Source: a virus
Taxonomy: Duplodnaviria; Heunggongvirae; Uroviricota; Caudoviricetes
Virus record (IMG/VR): IMGVR_UViG_3300035182_001709
Strand: one strand, 5' to 3'
DNA: 64,000 nucleotides
Position 1 is the stretch's first letter, and each line of letters starts with the position of its first letter. A program made the translations under genes and the position numbers. The notes under the pieces were generated by a model. That model saw only the letters and a list, made by a program, of their open reading frames with translations. It ran no database searches and had not been told where the DNA came from. Below, piece after piece: positions 16,951 to 27,700 of this stretch.

Positions 16951-18852
16951 TCAGATGACGTTCATGTCCAACACTGTGACGGTCCCGTAGAAGTCCGTGC
17001 GGACCATCTTCTTGCCGTATCGGGTCATGACACCCTTGCGCGGCGTGAAGTCTTCCGGCGCAAAAATCGTCGGGGTGACGATCAGTGGCACGTACGGGGC
17101 GTACACGTAACCCGTCTCGAGATAGCTGCCGCCCTTGTAGCCGATCAGGATCTTGTTGCGGGGGAAGTACGGGTCCTTGTAGACCGTGAAGCGGTTGGAC
17201 ACCGTGCCGATCGCTTCCGCACCAATGGTAAACGGAGAGCCAACCTGTCCCTCGCCATCGATCGAGAACTTCGGCTTGTACAGCGTGGAAGCCTCGAGGA
17301 TGGTGCAGACGTCCGGGCCGGTGACCATAAAGTTGGCCGAGCCGCGAAGGGTCTTACGGTGAATGGTGTTCGCCACGTCGATGATCGTCTCGATCAACGT
17401 CTCGTACCACTCGCGGACCGTGCCCGTGAATTGCGGGCCGATACTCAAGGAGCTCGCCAGCTGCTGACGGTCACCCGTCAGCTTGTTCACGAAGCGGCCC
17501 GGCGAACGCGACCAGAAGAAGTTCGCGCCGTTGGCCTGAGAGACGAGATCATTCAAGATCTCGCGGTCGATCTCGAGAGCGATCTGCTCCGAAAGGATGC
17601 TCGTCAGCTCGACCTCAGCGTCCATCGAGTGGTACGCGTTGAGGTCCTGTGCGAGTTCAGGCGACCAGCGAGCGCGGAGCCTGCGGGTTGTCGCGGTGAT
17701 TGCGATCGACTCGATCTTGATATCGATCTCGGGGATGGCCGGAGCCGGGGTCACCGAGAAGTCCGTCTCGAAGGAGGGAACAGTCAAGGTCGCGCCCGAG
17801 CCACCATCGACCATGAGGGCGTCGGCGATCGCCATCGAAACCTTCTGCGTCGCCGTGTTCAGCGTTGGAACCGAGCCGCCGTTCGACAGCTTCAGCACGA
17901 ACTGAATGTGCGAACCATTCAGCGGGTTCGGCGTGAAGACCGAGCCGTTCCAGTCACCGCGCTTGTTCAGACGACGGAGGTTCAGCAGGCCCTTGCCCGA
18001 CTGGTAGGAGTCACCCCACTCAACGGCGCCGTTGTTCGCCTGGAAGCCGAAGAGAGCGATCTGCTCCGGAGCAAGGAAGTCACCCTTCGGGATCTGGGCT
18101 GCGATTGCCGCGACCGAGAGGTGGACGAAGGTTACATCCAGGAGGTTGCTGCCCAGGTCGACCTCAACCTGCGGATCGAACTGCAACATGCGGGCGTTGG
18201 TGCCCGAGAAGTCCGTGCTCGAGGCCACGATGCCGCCGGCGGCCCAAGCGTTGTTGGCACCGGTCCATGCGCCAAGGTCGAGGTTCGAACCCGAGACACC
18301 CAGCGAGGCCGAGTGCACCTTCGAGTAACCGACATTCACCAGGTCGTACATACCACCCGTGGCGAGTGATCCAGACTGGATGCCCTTGCCGGTCGGGTTG
18401 TTGTAGATCGACTGGCCACGCTGGTAAGTCTCGTAGGCCGAGGAGTTACTAAGCTGCGAGCCAGCATCACCACCAACGTTCGAGCCGTAGGTGTAATCGA
18501 GATAGAAGATCAGACCAGACGGTAGGCTCATCGGCTGAATCGAGACAAGCTCGTTTGCAACGAGGCCACCGAAGACGCGGCGGACGATCGGGAAGGCGAT
18601 GTTCGAGAAGCCCTGGATCTGACCCGAGGAAGCGACAGCGCCGCCGCCAGTGGACAGGGAGTTCGACTCCTTCAGGACCTGGGCAGCCTGGTTCTCCAGG
18701 AGCTGCGCCATCGTCTCGCGCTTGAAACCGTCGAGACCGCGGAGCAAGCCAGTACGGCTCCACTTCTCAACAAGACGGGCACGCTCAGCACCGACGTGCT
18801 TCTCGCGGATGCCCTGGGCCAGCTGGTCCAGTGTAAAAAACTTTGAAGACAT
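16951..18852 (-). CDS. Major capsid protein, T4 gp23-like
   Basis: FPIVRRVFGGLVANELVSIQPMSLPSGLIFYLDY; TRRLRARWSPELAQDL; EIDREIL; YAPYVPL; FTPRKGVMTRYG. Confidence 0.95.
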   Translation of the reverse strand: MSSKFFTLDQLAQGIREKHVGAERARLVEKWSRTGLLRGLDGFKRETMAQLLENQAAQVLKESNSLSTGGGAVASSGQIQGFSNIAFPIVRRVFGGLVANELVSIQPMSLPSGLIFYLDYTYGSNVGGDAGSQLSNSSAYETYQRGQSIYNNPTGKGIQSGSLATGGMYDLVNVGYSKVHSASLGVSGSNLDLGAWTGANNAWAAGGIVASSTDFSGTNARMLQFDPQVEVDLGSNLLDVTFVHLSVAAIAAQIPKGDFLAPEQIALFGFQANNGAVEWGDSYQSGKGLLNLRRLNKRGDWNGSVFTPNPLNGSHIQFVLKLSNGGSVPTLNTATQKVSMAIADALMVDGGSGATLTVPSFETDFSVTPAPAIPEIDIKIESIAITATTRRLRARWSPELAQDLNAYHSMDAEVELTSILSEQIALEIDREILNDLVSQANGANFFWSRSPGRFVNKLTGDRQQLASSLSIGPQFTGTVREWYETLIETIIDVANTIHRKTLRGSANFMVTGPDVCTILEASTLYKPKFSIDGEGQVGSPFTIGAEAIGTVSNRFTVYKDPYFPRNKILIGYKGGSYLETGYVYAPYVPLIVTPTIFAPEDFTPRKGVMTRYGKKMVRTDFYGTVTVLDMNVI

Positions 18853-18902
18853 TGTCTTTTTCTCCGTGACTTTCAGTTGATCAGATATCGTTCATGCACC
18901 AA

Positions 18903-20906
18903 TCACTTGATGCCAGCGAGGCGTGCCCATCGATCCGTCTCGTAGCCCTCATCGAGCTTAGTCGAGGCGGGGCGAGTTGCCCGTGAGGCCGAACCGATGA
19001 CCTTGCGGCCGGCGGACTCTACCAGAGGACGGGAAGTGCCTGCCAAAGTCTTGGTCAGGCTCTCGTAGATGAGCTTGGCCTCACGGAGGCTCTTCGCCTC
19101 ATCGAGCCGCTCGATGATCTCAGCCTTCTGCTTGCGCGAGAGTGCCTCGTTCTGGAGCAACTTGTTCGTGAAGACCAGCTTCGCGTTGAACAGATTCGTT
19201 TCTGCCAACTTGTTGCGGAGGTTTGCGTCGGCCTTTCCTTCCGCGGGCCGGATCGGGCTGCCATTCAGGCGAGCACCATTGCGAGACGCGACTTCCGCCA
19301 GCGTCTTCGTCATCTTCTTGACACGCATCACCGACTCGGTGAAGCGGCCGTGCAGGGCAGCGTGCTCCTTCTTTAGGGCAGCAACCTTACGTGAATCCTT
19401 CTTTGCCGTCGCACGAGTGGCTTCCTTCTTCAAGGCAGCAGCGCGGGTCTTAATCCTCTCCTGCAGGCGCTTCTCGAAGCCGACGCGACGCTTCAGCGCC
19501 TCCATCGTTGCACCTGGCTCGCGCGATTCCTTGCCAGACTCAGCGCCCGGACCCATCGAAGCCGGAGCGACATTGCCGCCCGCCTCACGAGAATCCTCGG
19601 CCTGATCCATTCCGAAGTCCGTCTCATCAAGCTGGTCATCGTCCTGGTCGTCGTCGCCTTCATCCATCGTCAGTTCGCCATCGATCTCGTCGAGCTGGTC
19701 GTCATCCTCGTCACCCTCATCGGACTCCGTGGTGACCTCACCGTCGAGCCAGGGATCGCCTTCCGACTTGCCGCCGCCGAACTGATCAATGACTGCGTCA
19801 ACGCCGGCGCCCTTGGTGGACGGGACCGCATCCTCGCGGAGGGACTTCATCCGAGCAATCTCACGGCGGAGCATGCTCTCGTCAATTTCGACAATCGTGT
19901 CGTCGCTGAGCCGGCGTGACTCCATCTGGTCATCCTGACCCTGGTCCTCACCGCCCATGTCGAGGTCGCCAAGATCCATGTCCTCGCCACCCTCTTCATC
20001 GCCTTCTTCGCCGCCTTCTTCGCCGGCGCCGAGGTCAAGATCTTCACCGCCCTCGCCGTCTTCGTCTTCGCCAGTGATCAAGTCAACACCGACCGAATCA
20101 AGGTCAATCTCATCGGGCAGGCCAGTGAGCTTCAGCGTCACATCGCCTTCATTCATCAAATCTTTGAGGCTCTTCTTCGACATCTTCTGCTCCTGGAGCT
20201 TGCTGAGTTCTTTGAAGTACGTTTCGAGTTTCGCTTCGTATGAACTCTTCCGTGCGGGATCCGTTACCGCCTCCTGCACGTAGTCATACATATTCTCCAC
20301 TCGTGAAATCATATGAGTGATTTGCTCTGAGTAACCACGAGACTCCTTGACCACCTTATGGGCGGCCTTGAATGCTTGCAGTTGCTCACCGAGCCGGTAG
20401 AGACCGGCTTCGAGTTCCTTGATGATTCCTGACTTGGTTGCCTTGGCGACCGGCGTCAAGGCTTCCACGGATTCAAGGCTAAGCTCGTATTCATCTCCAT
20501 CGACTGACGTAGGCTGCCCAAAGACAGGTGCAGGGACGGCTGCACCGATGGGGTCTGTCGCCAACGCATCAAGGTCGAGCGTGACCTTTCCTTCTGCATC
20601 AGGGACTGAGATGGCAGCCGCCGCCGTGCCACCATCGCCGGCTGCAGGAACCGCGCCGACGGGAGCAGTGTCAGTGACCAAGTCGCCCGGCTTGTCCGGG
20701 GTGCCCGGAGCACCTGAAACGATTTCAACGACTTCGACATCATCGTCATCATCGAAATCACCGTGCTCCTTGAGGAGCTCCTTCTCGATCAGATCCCGAA
20801 TCCTCGGGGTCACTGCCTCGATCAGGGTACGCCTAGCATTATCCTCAGCGACTTCCTTCAATCGCTTGGCATCTGCTAGAGCCTCTTCGTACAGCTGCTT
20901 TGACAT
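18903..20906 (-). CDS. Prohead core/scaffold protein (gp22-like position)
   Basis: Very acidic and coiled-coil; C-terminal LAETNLFNAKLVFTNKLL...IIERLDEAKSLREAKLIYESL; immediately upstream of the capsid gene. Confidence 0.8.
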   Translation of the reverse strand: MSKQLYEEALADAKRLKEVAEDNARRTLIEAVTPRIRDLIEKELLKEHGDFDDDDDVEVVEIVSGAPGTPDKPGDLVTDTAPVGAVPAAGDGGTAAAAISVPDAEGKVTLDLDALATDPIGAAVPAPVFGQPTSVDGDEYELSLESVEALTPVAKATKSGIIKELEAGLYRLGEQLQAFKAAHKVVKESRGYSEQITHMISRVENMYDYVQEAVTDPARKSSYEAKLETYFKELSKLQEQKMSKKSLKDLMNEGDVTLKLTGLPDEIDLDSVGVDLITGEDEDGEGGEDLDLGAGEEGGEEGDEEGGEDMDLGDLDMGGEDQGQDDQMESRRLSDDTIVEIDESMLRREIARMKSLREDAVPSTKGAGVDAVIDQFGGGKSEGDPWLDGEVTTESDEGDEDDDQLDEIDGELTMDEGDDDQDDDQLDETDFGMDQAEDSREAGGNVAPASMGPGAESGKESREPGATMEALKRRVGFEKRLQERIKTRAAALKKEATRATAKKDSRKVAALKKEHAALHGRFTESVMRVKKMTKTLAEVASRNGARLNGSPIRPAEGKADANLRNKLAETNLFNAKLVFTNKLLQNEALSRKQKAEIIERLDEAKSLREAKLIYESLTKTLAGTSRPLVESAGRKVIGSASRATRPASTKLDEGYETDRWARLAGIK

Positions 20907-20956
20907 GCTACCGTTTCCCTGCTGCAGTAAGTATCATCCCGTGATGCAGTTTCACA

Positions 20957-21520
20957 TCACTTGAACTGTTCCAGACCCGACTTGGGATCTGGCATAGATG
21001 TGATGGTGCCTGCGTCGCCCAGGGTATTCGCATCATGGACCTTGCCACTCGTGGCCGTCGGGGAACGAGTTCCCGTGTTCGGTCCGCCGGGCACGTAGGT
21101 GGGCTTAACATCAGAAGACTTGATCTTCGGATTTGCCGACTTGTCGACGCCGTCTGTCTTGCCCGGCCCAGGAGATGATAGGTCAGGAACGTAGGAGTTC
21201 GCAGGATCTCCTGCGTTGACCCAAGCGTCATCAGCACCCTTCGATGTGTCAGGAGCCTGAATCGATGCCTTGGCGCCACCGTAGGTGAAATCAACACCAT
21301 CCGGGAAGTGCTGCGCATCGCCAGCCTGAATGCCTGAAGTAGCGGCAGCACGGAGGATGTCGTTACCCTCCTTGGCCGCGTACTTGTAGGCGTCGGCCTG
21401 GTCCACGCCGTAGAACGGTGGCGACGTCGTCGAGTCCCCCTTGAAGAGGTTCTCAAAAAACGTCCTCCGCGGTGACTTCGGCGGAACGTATGTCGTGTAC
21501 TTTCCCTTACCAGCAGGCAT
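20957..21520 (-). CDS. Hypothetical head-associated protein
   Basis: 187 aa, Pro/Gly/Asp-rich, in the head operon. Confidence 0.6.
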   Translation of the reverse strand: MPAGKGKYTTYVPPKSPRRTFFENLFKGDSTTSPPFYGVDQADAYKYAAKEGNDILRAAATSGIQAGDAQHFPDGVDFTYGGAKASIQAPDTSKGADDAWVNAGDPANSYVPDLSSPGPGKTDGVDKSANPKIKSSDVKPTYVPGGPNTGTRSPTATSGKVHDANTLGDAGTITSMPDPKSGLEQFK

Positions 21521-21535
21521 CTTCGTTCTCCTTGA

Positions 21536-21787
21536 TCAGACGCCCTTACGGATCGACTTCATAACCCGGGCCCTGGTCTCGACGATCTTGTTGAGACGAG
21601 CGCGAAGGCGCAACTCTTCGACCTTCAACGCCTTGGCGTAGTCGATCTTCTTCTCAAGAGCGTCAGCATACTCGTCCGCATCCACCTCGTCGGTGTCCTT
21701 GGCGCGCTTCTCCGGGTCTTCCATGTCCCCGAACTTACCGACTTCTTCTTCAATGATCTTCTTGAGTAGCTTTGACGTGAGCTTCAT
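21536..21787 (-). CDS. Small putative internal head protein
   Basis: N-terminal LLKKIIEEE motif; AGGAG SD; CTATTTAG upstream. Confidence 0.6.
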   Translation of the reverse strand: MKLTSKLLKKIIEEEVGKFGDMEDPEKRAKDTDEVDADEYADALEKKIDYAKALKVEELRLRARLNKIVETRARVMKSIRKGV

Positions 21788-21841
21788 CTATGCACCCTCT
21801 CCTGCGTTTAGTGCTACGTCTAAATAGGCATCACCCCGCGA

Positions 21842-22315
21842 TTACGCGGTTTTCTTGGCCGGTGCATCCATGAAAGCCAGGTTGGCCCACTTTGACGCCG
21901 CCTCTTCACCAAAAACCTCTTCAGGTGAGCCAACGAACTTTTCTTCCTGCACGACGCGGGACTGGGTGCCTTCAGACGGACGAGCCGCTGAGTCTCCGGC
22001 GCCCAACATCTTGGGCAAGGTCGTCATGGCGGTGTCTGCCAGAATGTCTGCCATCAGCGCGTTGCCGCGTGCCTCAGCTTTGATGGCCTGAGCCAGTGCC
22101 TCAGTCGGGCGTCGCCCGTTGGGCAATGTCTGCATGTCAAGCGGCGACTTTCCTCGAGCGACCGGACGCTGAGGAGCGCGAGATTCAGTGACGGGCAGCG
22201 TCATTCCCATCGAAGCGCCAGCACCCGATCCCAGGCCTTCCTGCAAGATCTCAACGAGGCACTCTTTGACGATTGCCTTCAGTTGCTGACGTGACATTTT
22301 GCCTGTTCCAGACAT
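21842..22315 (-). CDS. Putative internal head protein
   Basis: N-terminal LKAIVKECLVEILQE; located in the head operon. Confidence 0.6.
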   Translation of the reverse strand: MSGTGKMSRQQLKAIVKECLVEILQEGLGSGAGASMGMTLPVTESRAPQRPVARGKSPLDMQTLPNGRRPTEALAQAIKAEARGNALMADILADTAMTTLPKMLGAGDSAARPSEGTQSRVVQEEKFVGSPEEVFGEEAASKWANLAFMDAPAKKTA

Positions 22316-22317
22316 GA

Positions 22318-22821
22318 TTACCCCATCGCCTTTTTCGAAAGATTTTTGTGGGCCATCCTGCGCTCCATTGGGGAGGCACGATCGAGCATCAAGACACCAT
22401 TTAGGTGGTCGACCTCGTGCTGCACAATTCGCGCCAAGAAACCGTTGAGGAAGGCGTGTTGAGTCTGCCCGGAGACGTCCTGGTACTCGATTTCAATCTC
22501 CGTCGAACGAGCAACATTGACAGCAACTCCAGGAATCGACAGGCAACCCTCTGGCCCGAACTCGACTTCCTTGGAAGACCAGACAATCACGGGATTGACC
22601 ATGAAGATCATCTCACAAGCTTGTTCACCTGCTGACGGATCGACAACAATCAAACGTTGATTGATGCCAACCTGTGGAGCGGCTAGGCCAACGCCGCGTG
22701 AGGCGTACATGGTCTCGGCCATCTTCTCGAGTTGGATCTTGAGCTCGGGCCCAAAGTCATCGACACGGTCGCAGGTCGCCTGCAAGCCCTGGTCGGGGAA
22801 GAGAACGACCTGCATGATCAA
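22318..22821 (-). CDS. def: Peptide deformylase
   Basis: All three PDF motifs present: GVGLAAPQVG, EGCLSIP, QHEVDHLNG. Confidence 0.95.
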   Translation of the reverse strand: MIMQVVLFPDQGLQATCDRVDDFGPELKIQLEKMAETMYASRGVGLAAPQVGINQRLIVVDPSAGEQACEMIFMVNPVIVWSSKEVEFGPEGCLSIPGVAVNVARSTEIEIEYQDVSGQTQHAFLNGFLARIVQHEVDHLNGVLMLDRASPMERRMAHKNLSKKAMG

Positions 22822-23222
22822 CCGACTCCCTGCCAGCCCGCCGAGCCGTCACCCAGAGTGCCACTCAACTGCGGCATTTCGACAGCATCGATATTTGTCA
22901 GGCCACCACAGAACGCAAAGGCTGGCGAGCTGGAGTCGCCAGCAAAATAGACTGCTGTCACTCGAAGTTCCAGCGTCACCGTCGCATTGGGGCCCACCAG
23001 GTAGTAGTTGCTACCCAGGATACCGTTACGAGTGAAACCGACGCGGAGCTTGTTGGTGCCGTCCAGGTTTGAAACTGTCAGCGTCCTGCTGATCTTGGGC
23101 AGGTCAATCCTCAAACAACCCGAAGTTGCCTGAGGTGCGACAGACGACGTGACAAAAGGCAGCGCAGAAGACTGAAACTCTCCTGCGTAACCAATGCCAC
23201 CTTTGGGGTTGTTGAGACTCAT
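22818..23222 (-). CDS. Hypothetical beta-sandwich protein
   Basis: 134 aa; 4-nt overlap with def. Confidence 0.65.
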   Translation of the reverse strand: MSLNNPKGGIGYAGEFQSSALPFVTSSVAPQATSGCLRIDLPKISRTLTVSNLDGTNKLRVGFTRNGILGSNYYLVGPNATVTLELRVTAVYFAGDSSSPAFAFCGGLTNIDAVEMPQLSGTLGDGSAGWQGVG

Positions 23223-23228
23223 CTTGCA

Positions 23229-23876
23229 TTACCTCTTGTACGACAGGATGTCGTTTAGAACCCGGTCAATCCGGTCGCTGCGGTTGAAGATCCGCTTCAG
23301 CTCGCCATCGCTTAGCTGGCGACCTTCTGGAATCATGAAGGCACCAGGCGTTGAAGGCTCAGAAACGTAGTCCCAACAGATCAACTGAAAGTCATCCTGA
23401 ACCACGTAGTAGTCGCCATCCTTCCGAGTTGACCCCACGCCCCGCGAGGAGATACCCAACTTGACGTTGCTCTCGGCCAACGACTGCAGGATCTGACCCG
23501 AGGGGGTATTCAGGATCTCGACGGTTCCCATCACTGTTCCGTTCTCGAGGTAGGCCTCACGGACAATGTGGGAAACGTTCTTCAGGTTGATGACCGAGGA
23601 ATCAGGGTGATCGAGCTCACCAAGAGCACGATTCTCAATGATGAACTTCTGGTAGTTCCTGACCTCGCGCTCCAACACACGGAGCGGATAGATTCGGCCG
23701 TTCTGGTTTAGGGTGTCTGCCTTCTGCAGGATTCCCTTCATCAGGATCTTCTTGACAGCGGGCACCTTGACAGCGTTGCCCTGAGAATCTTCAGTAATGG
23801 TCTCAGGCTTGACGACCTCGGTGACCAGCTTGTAGTCAAAGATGTCGTAGGTATTCAGTAGCCTCTGGTTGCTCAT
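23229..23876 (-). CDS. Prohead maturation protease, T4 gp21-like
   Basis: KADTLNQNGRIYP, RALGELDHP, LGISSRGVGS, WDYVSEPSTPGA; start at ATG 23876 (ORF track starts at 23891). Confidence 0.93.
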   Translation of the reverse strand: MSNQRLLNTYDIFDYKLVTEVVKPETITEDSQGNAVKVPAVKKILMKGILQKADTLNQNGRIYPLRVLEREVRNYQKFIIENRALGELDHPDSSVINLKNVSHIVREAYLENGTVMGTVEILNTPSGQILQSLAESNVKLGISSRGVGSTRKDGDYYVVQDDFQLICWDYVSEPSTPGAFMIPEGRQLSDGELKRIFNRSDRIDRVLNDILSYKR

Positions 23877-23880
23877 GACA

Positions 23881-24735
23881 TCACTCCTCACCGTTTAGTT
23901 CGGTACTCAACTTGGTGTAAAGCATGAAGCGAGTCACTGTCTCATCATTGACCACATCGAGGGTCTCGGAGATCAGGCGCTCTCGGGCCTCGTTCAGCTT
24001 TTCATTGACGTACTTGTTAGCGTTTGCTGCAGTGTACTCGTCCATTCGTTGCAACAGGTCAGACTTGATCTCTGCCAGTTTCTTGTGAATGACGGTCGGA
24101 TCATCGTGAGCGGCCGAAAAGACATACGCCTTGACGAGTGACTTCTGATCATCGTTCAGGACACCAGCGTACTTCTCGTTCAACTTCTTTGTCATGACCT
24201 TCATCAACAGGCGAGCAGTTCCGTTAGACTCTTCACTGATGACATGATCATCAGCCTCTGGTCGTTCAGACACCAACCACTGGACCAACTGGTCCTCGTA
24301 GGTCGCCATCCTCGACAAGTCCTTGTCGGTCGATCGCCAATCATTGAGCAGCGTCTGCACGGTGGCATACATCCTGTACTCATTGATCTGTTGATCATAG
24401 AAGTTGTCATCTTTGATCGAGTAGTTGATGTGCTTGATGAGCAGCGACTTCTCGCGGTCCAGAGTCTGGATGTCGTGAGATCGGGCCGCCGAGCGCGCCT
24501 CGTTCAGGATGTTAGCAGCGACTGCCTCTGACGTCACCTTCGTCTTAATCAACGAATTGACGAGCCTAAACTCTCGGTACAGCTCAGAACCAGGCTTGAA
24601 GTGCTTTCGGAGGATCTTCAACGCCACGGCAGACTTCTTCTGGTTGCCCTCGACGAGGGCGGTCGAAATGGTGCGGACAAGGAACTCGTAGAGTAGTCCA
24701 GCATTACGCTTCTTGTTGTGGCCCTTGCTGCTCAT
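23881..24735 (-). CDS. Hypothetical head-module protein between portal and protease
   Basis: 284 aa helical, HNKKRNAGLLYEFL; 4-nt overlap with the portal gene. Confidence 0.7.
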   Translation of the reverse strand: MSSKGHNKKRNAGLLYEFLVRTISTALVEGNQKKSAVALKILRKHFKPGSELYREFRLVNSLIKTKVTSEAVAANILNEARSAARSHDIQTLDREKSLLIKHINYSIKDDNFYDQQINEYRMYATVQTLLNDWRSTDKDLSRMATYEDQLVQWLVSERPEADDHVISEESNGTARLLMKVMTKKLNEKYAGVLNDDQKSLVKAYVFSAAHDDPTVIHKKLAEIKSDLLQRMDEYTAANANKYVNEKLNEARERLISETLDVVNDETVTRFMLYTKLSTELNGEE

Positions 24736-27700
24736 GACTCGTCATCCTCGTTGTCATCATCGATGATAAGTACATCGCCTTCGTTAATGGCGCTGCCTGT
24801 CAGACCCGGTTCGATCGACTCATCAATCTCGATGTTGATCTCTTGGTCCTCTTTTATCAAACCATTCTTCGATCCGCGCTCACCAGGGAACTTCTTTTCC
24901 CAACTTAGCAACGCAGCGACCACGTCGCCAGGAAGCCGCTGCTGACGTGCGACGCTTTCGCCGAATGGGTCGCTGACGACAGACTTCAAGAAGTCGGTAT
25001 CGTAAGGATCCTCCATCGCTCGATTGTCAGTCGAAGTCATCTTCCTGAAGTCAGGCATGTGCGTCTTAGACGGTCCGTGCGTCAAGTGACGGCTACGGTT
25101 GTAGAGCACGCGGTCAAGCTGCTTCTGAGCCTTGACTGGAATCTCGACGTCCTTCATGGCGCCGACGCGGAGCCCAAATGTCTCATCGTCATCATTGTCG
25201 TCAGCTGACGTCAGGAGCTGAACACCAGGCGTGGTCTCCTCTTCTGGTTCCTCACCTGCGTTTTCCTCGGGAGGCGTCTCTTCTCCGCCTGCGGGTTCCT
25301 CACCGCCTCCACCTTCATCGCCGCCGCCAAAGAGGTCTTCGCCTCCCCCGCCGCCATCCCCTCCAGCACCCGCGCCGGACTCGATGGCTGCGTCAACGAC
25401 CTTATCTTTCATGCGATTCTTGTCGATCTGCTTGCACTCCTGATCGTTGAGGCCCCAGATCTCCTTGCGGACAAAGTCCTTATCAATGAAGCCTTCAGGG
25501 GCCGAGCCGCCGATCTCAAACTTGGCACGCCACAGTTCTAGCTTCTGTTGCTGTGCGACAGTCGACGGGTTGGACAGATGCAACGTAAAGTTCTGCAGAT
25601 CATCACCGTCATACCCGTGTGCATAGAGGTGGATGATCGCCAGCTTGTTGAGCTCGGCAAGGATCGTCTTCTGAATGACAGCAATGGTACGCGAGAACCT
25701 GATGTCCTCCTGCGCCAACGTGGCCTTGCTGCTAAGCATCTCATCGTAACCCAAGTAGGCGCGTGGGATCTTCAGAGCAGCAAACAGCTTCTTCTGAATG
25801 TAGGCCACGTCCTCGACGGCGGCAGTGTTCTGGCCTCCCGCGAGGGTTTCAATGCGAGTTCCAGACTCTTGGCCACGAACTGGGATGAAGTAGTCCTCAT
25901 CGACGCTCTGAAACGCAAATATTAGTCCTACACCACCACCACCACCATGAGGTGATTGTGCACCTTTCGCAGCATTTTCACCACCCACGGCAAGATTGTG
26001 CCATCGATCAACGGTAACACTGTACACATCTTCAGTTGTATCGATGAGCTCAACAGAAATGACGACGTGGTTGTTCGCACCGTCAGAAGCAACAACGCCG
26101 GTGTCAACGTTGTTGACGTACTGACGACCCAAGGCCGCAGGATGGTGCGCAGCCCAAACTGCCTTCCAGTTAAGGTAATCGGCGATGATGAACTTACCGA
26201 CGACGTTTTTATGCAGCGATTTCGCGAGATCGTGAGCCAGATGAGCGTTCGTTGCTGCGTAGAGCTTCATGAACGTTACGTCGGACTTCAACCGTCTCAG
26301 GAACGCATCGAGCCCCTCGAACCTACGAAGCGATCTGATGACGTTGATAACGTAGACCTGGCACTCAGGCGACCAAACATAGCGCATGTTCTGTCGGGCA
26401 CGCTCCCTTCGTTCAGGGTCAGCCCACATCGTAGACATCGCTTCAGAACGTTTGACGTAATGCTCAGCGTTCGTTATCAACTGCAGGTTGCCAGTTGAGT
26501 TGTTGAGCTTGTCAAAGTTGACGTGATGAATTGTCTTTCCCTGCTGTGAGATGTGCCCGTTCCGATAGACCTCGAGCCCGAACGCATGAGCCGCGATCAA
26601 CTCGTGGGTAAAGATGCGTGTTCCGAACGATGGATCGAGCACCTTTTCGTAACAGTGCTTGTCAACTTCAGAAACTTCAGCGCCTGACATCGGTGCATAT
26701 GTAACGTGCAACGGCATCAAGCTGTCGCCCGAACGTAGATCCTTCGCTTTAACGTGAGAACCATCACGAAGCATCATCCTATGTTCAGGTGTGACATTGA
26801 TGACGCCGCCGTCGTCCAGCGTCACCCTGACAAACTGTTTCGTAGTACCTGACTTCCCGGCCCAGATCACCTTGCCGGGTACCAACCTACCCCCCGCTTC
26901 GAGATCAAGGGAATAAGTCTCATGGTCTCGGCGCCCTTCATTCCACTCCTTGACTAGCTCATCGATCCGCAGCATCCTACCATCCAACAATGGTATCTGA
27001 ACGTTCGCTGCGAAGCACAGTGGATTGTACCTGAGGTCCACACGACCAGAAGAGCGATCAATGACCTGATTCGTCCTGAGGTTCTTCCTCTGCTCTTCAA
27101 CATAAAGAGGCACGTCCTGCGCTGGAACGTTGGCAACGTCGATGTAGAAGACGCGGCGTTCAGGTGCCCTGACGACGCGGTACACCAACATTGCATCTTC
27201 GATGAGGATCAACTGACGCCAAATGCGGCGGGCAGGCTCAATGATCGATGACCCGTAAGGCAAGAACATGTCGTTGCCCAAGAGCCGAAAGTGAGTGATC
27301 TCCCAGTTCTCGAGGACTCGATTACCTAGGGTGACCCAGCGATACCTGACCGCAAACGGATCGTCACGATCGTAGTTCTCTTCGCGCTCGATCTCGTTGA
27401 CAGGGATCGGGAACGCTGAGACGACTCCGTACGTTGGAGAAACGTCATTATAGAGGAAGAAGTCGCCGTACTTAACAAGATTGCGCGCCCAGGATCGCAG
27501 GTTGAACTCGGTGTTCAACGTATTGTAGAAAAGGTCCTCGAGCACCTCGCGAATCTTCTCATTGTCCGAGTAAATGTGGAGGACGCGGCCTTTCTCATCC
27601 TGTGCACACGTTTCGTCGGCATAGATGTCAAGAGCAGCCGCGATCTCAGGAGTATTGTGCGAGATCACACTATCGGTGGCAAAGTTCTTGTACCCGTCAA

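Noticed and set aside
17359-18369. Long plus-strand ORFs (also 8520-9158, 52702-53493, 55619-56305 and others)
   Set aside because: Antisense shadows of clear minus-strand genes, expected from GC-rich codon bias; no motifs or SD
16951-18852. Intein in the unusually long capsid protein, or in the terminase
   Set aside because: No C/S-start, HN/HQ-end or block B motif; the capsid extra length looks like a surface insertion and the terminase is of normal length
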